Of a DNA stretch of 64,000 nucleotides, positions 63,432-64,000 are shown piece by piece; positions within the stretch are counted from its first letter, which is position 1, and every line of letters begins with the position of its first letter. A program made the translations under genes and the position numbers. The notes beneath the pieces were generated by a model, which searched no databases, was not told the DNA's origin, and worked only from the letters and a program-made list of their open reading frames with translations. The stretch is from Acidobacteriota bacterium (GTDB taxonomy: Bacteria; Bacteroidota; Ignavibacteria; Ignavibacteriales; SURF-24), in assembly GCA_050258415.1 (NCBI GenBank), contig JBLMYS010000147.1, positions 3,246-67,245 on the forward strand, in the 5' to 3' direction.

Positions 63432-64000
63432 GTAGTTTAATAATAAAAGTAGTGCCTTTATTTACTTCACTCTGGACGGAAATAAGTCCTTTGTGCATAT
63501 CAATAATCTGCTTGACGAGCCCAAGCCCTATTCCGGAACCCGGTATCTGTGTGCTTCCGGGGCGGGCCGCTTTGTAGAATTTCTGGAATATGTTCGGCAA
63601 ATCCCTTTGGGGAATGCCTATTCCTGTGTCGCTTACAATGATTTCAAACTCCTTCAGGAAATCCTGCGCAATCAGCGTAATACGCCCCTCTTTGTCCGTA
63701 AACTTTATTGCGTTACTGACCAGATGCTGTAAAACCTGCACTATTCTTTCCTTGTCGGCCGTAATAAGTATAGGATGCTCTGGTATCTCGCAGTTAAGAC
63801 TTATCCCCCGCTGGCGGGCTTCATCGTACATGGAAGCCATAATTGACTCAAGAATTTCCACTATGTCAAATTCAGTCTTAAACACATCAAGCTTTCCTGC
63901 TTCCATTTTTGCAAAGTCCAGAACGTCGTTAATAAGCTTGGCAAGGCGCTTGCCCTCACTTAAGATTATGTTGCTGAATTCCATAATCATCTCCCGGGGC
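63418..64000 (-). CDS. Sensor histidine kinase, C-terminal part (gene continues past window end)
   Basis: The frame stays open upstream of the listed Met (..PREMIMEFSNIIL..), so the N-terminus lies outside the window. HATPase_c motifs VSNAIKFT, VSDTGIGIP, GSGIGLGLVKQIIDMH. Confidence 0.8.
   Translation of the reverse strand, partial: PREMIMEFSNIILSEGKRLAKLINDVLDFAKMEAGKLDVFKTEFDIVEILESIMASMYDEARQRGISLNCEIPEHPILITADKERIVQVLQHLVSNAIKFTDKEGRITLIAQDFLKEFEIIVSDTGIGIPQRDLPNIFQKFYKAARPGSTQIPGSGIGLGLVKQIIDMHKGLISVQSEVNKGTTFIIKLPKSN

Noticed and set aside
1-64000. Searched for mobile elements, prophage genes, defence systems (restriction-modification, toxin-antitoxin, CBASS/retron-like), tRNA/rRNA genes and CRISPR.
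   Set aside because: No transposase, integrase or recombinase motifs, nuclease/ATPase defence signatures, tRNA T-loop/cloverleaf candidates or spaced repeats were seen in any frame or intergenic region.

Overview
Gene-dense 64-kb chromosomal segment with about 38 CDS. I found no rRNA, tRNA, CRISPR array, transposase, integrase or phage genes. Protein content suggests an FCB-superphylum bacterium, possibly Ignavibacteria-like (inference only). At least eight proteins carry a type IX secretion (T9SS) C-terminal sorting domain (..NYPNPFNP..). Bacteroidetes-type TAnnTTTG boxes occur together with clear GGAGG Shine-Dalgarno sites. Layout: (i) 1-9.3 kb, a tandem array of T9SS cargo paralogs on the minus strand. 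(ii) 9.5-12.5 kb, a receiver-domain/PEP-pyruvate-binding (PPDK_N) fusion protein. (iii) 14.5-28.8 kb, a 14-kb minus-strand block: a five-gene operon (TonB-dependent receptor, unknown 701-aa protein, PorV/FadL-like barrel, IPT/TIG lipoprotein, beta-propeller T9SS cargo) followed by two tandem GHL10 glycosidase-like T9SS cargo genes. (iv) 30.2-42.7 kb, an RND efflux locus in which the permease and the TolC-like outer membrane factor form one continuous 1511-codon ORF, flanked by two different two-component systems. (v) 42.7-46.6 kb, a three-gene signalling operon whose first kinase has an ethylene-receptor-like Cys/His membrane domain. (vi) 47.5-51.1 kb, a large T9SS cargo with a degenerate M43-like metalloprotease motif (HQxxH). 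(vii) A MacA/MacB-like permease pair, an M28 peptidase, rlpA, a GT2 plus HIT-like gene pair, and an NtrC-type sigma54 regulator with its kinase. Non-coding features of note are a family of heptamer tandem arrays (CCTTGAA/CGGACNT/TTTTTAA), a conserved roughly 95-nt upstream block shared by the cargo paralogs, several nested hairpins in leaders, and clean intrinsic terminators. All family assignments come from motifs read by eye in the supplied translations. No database search was run.
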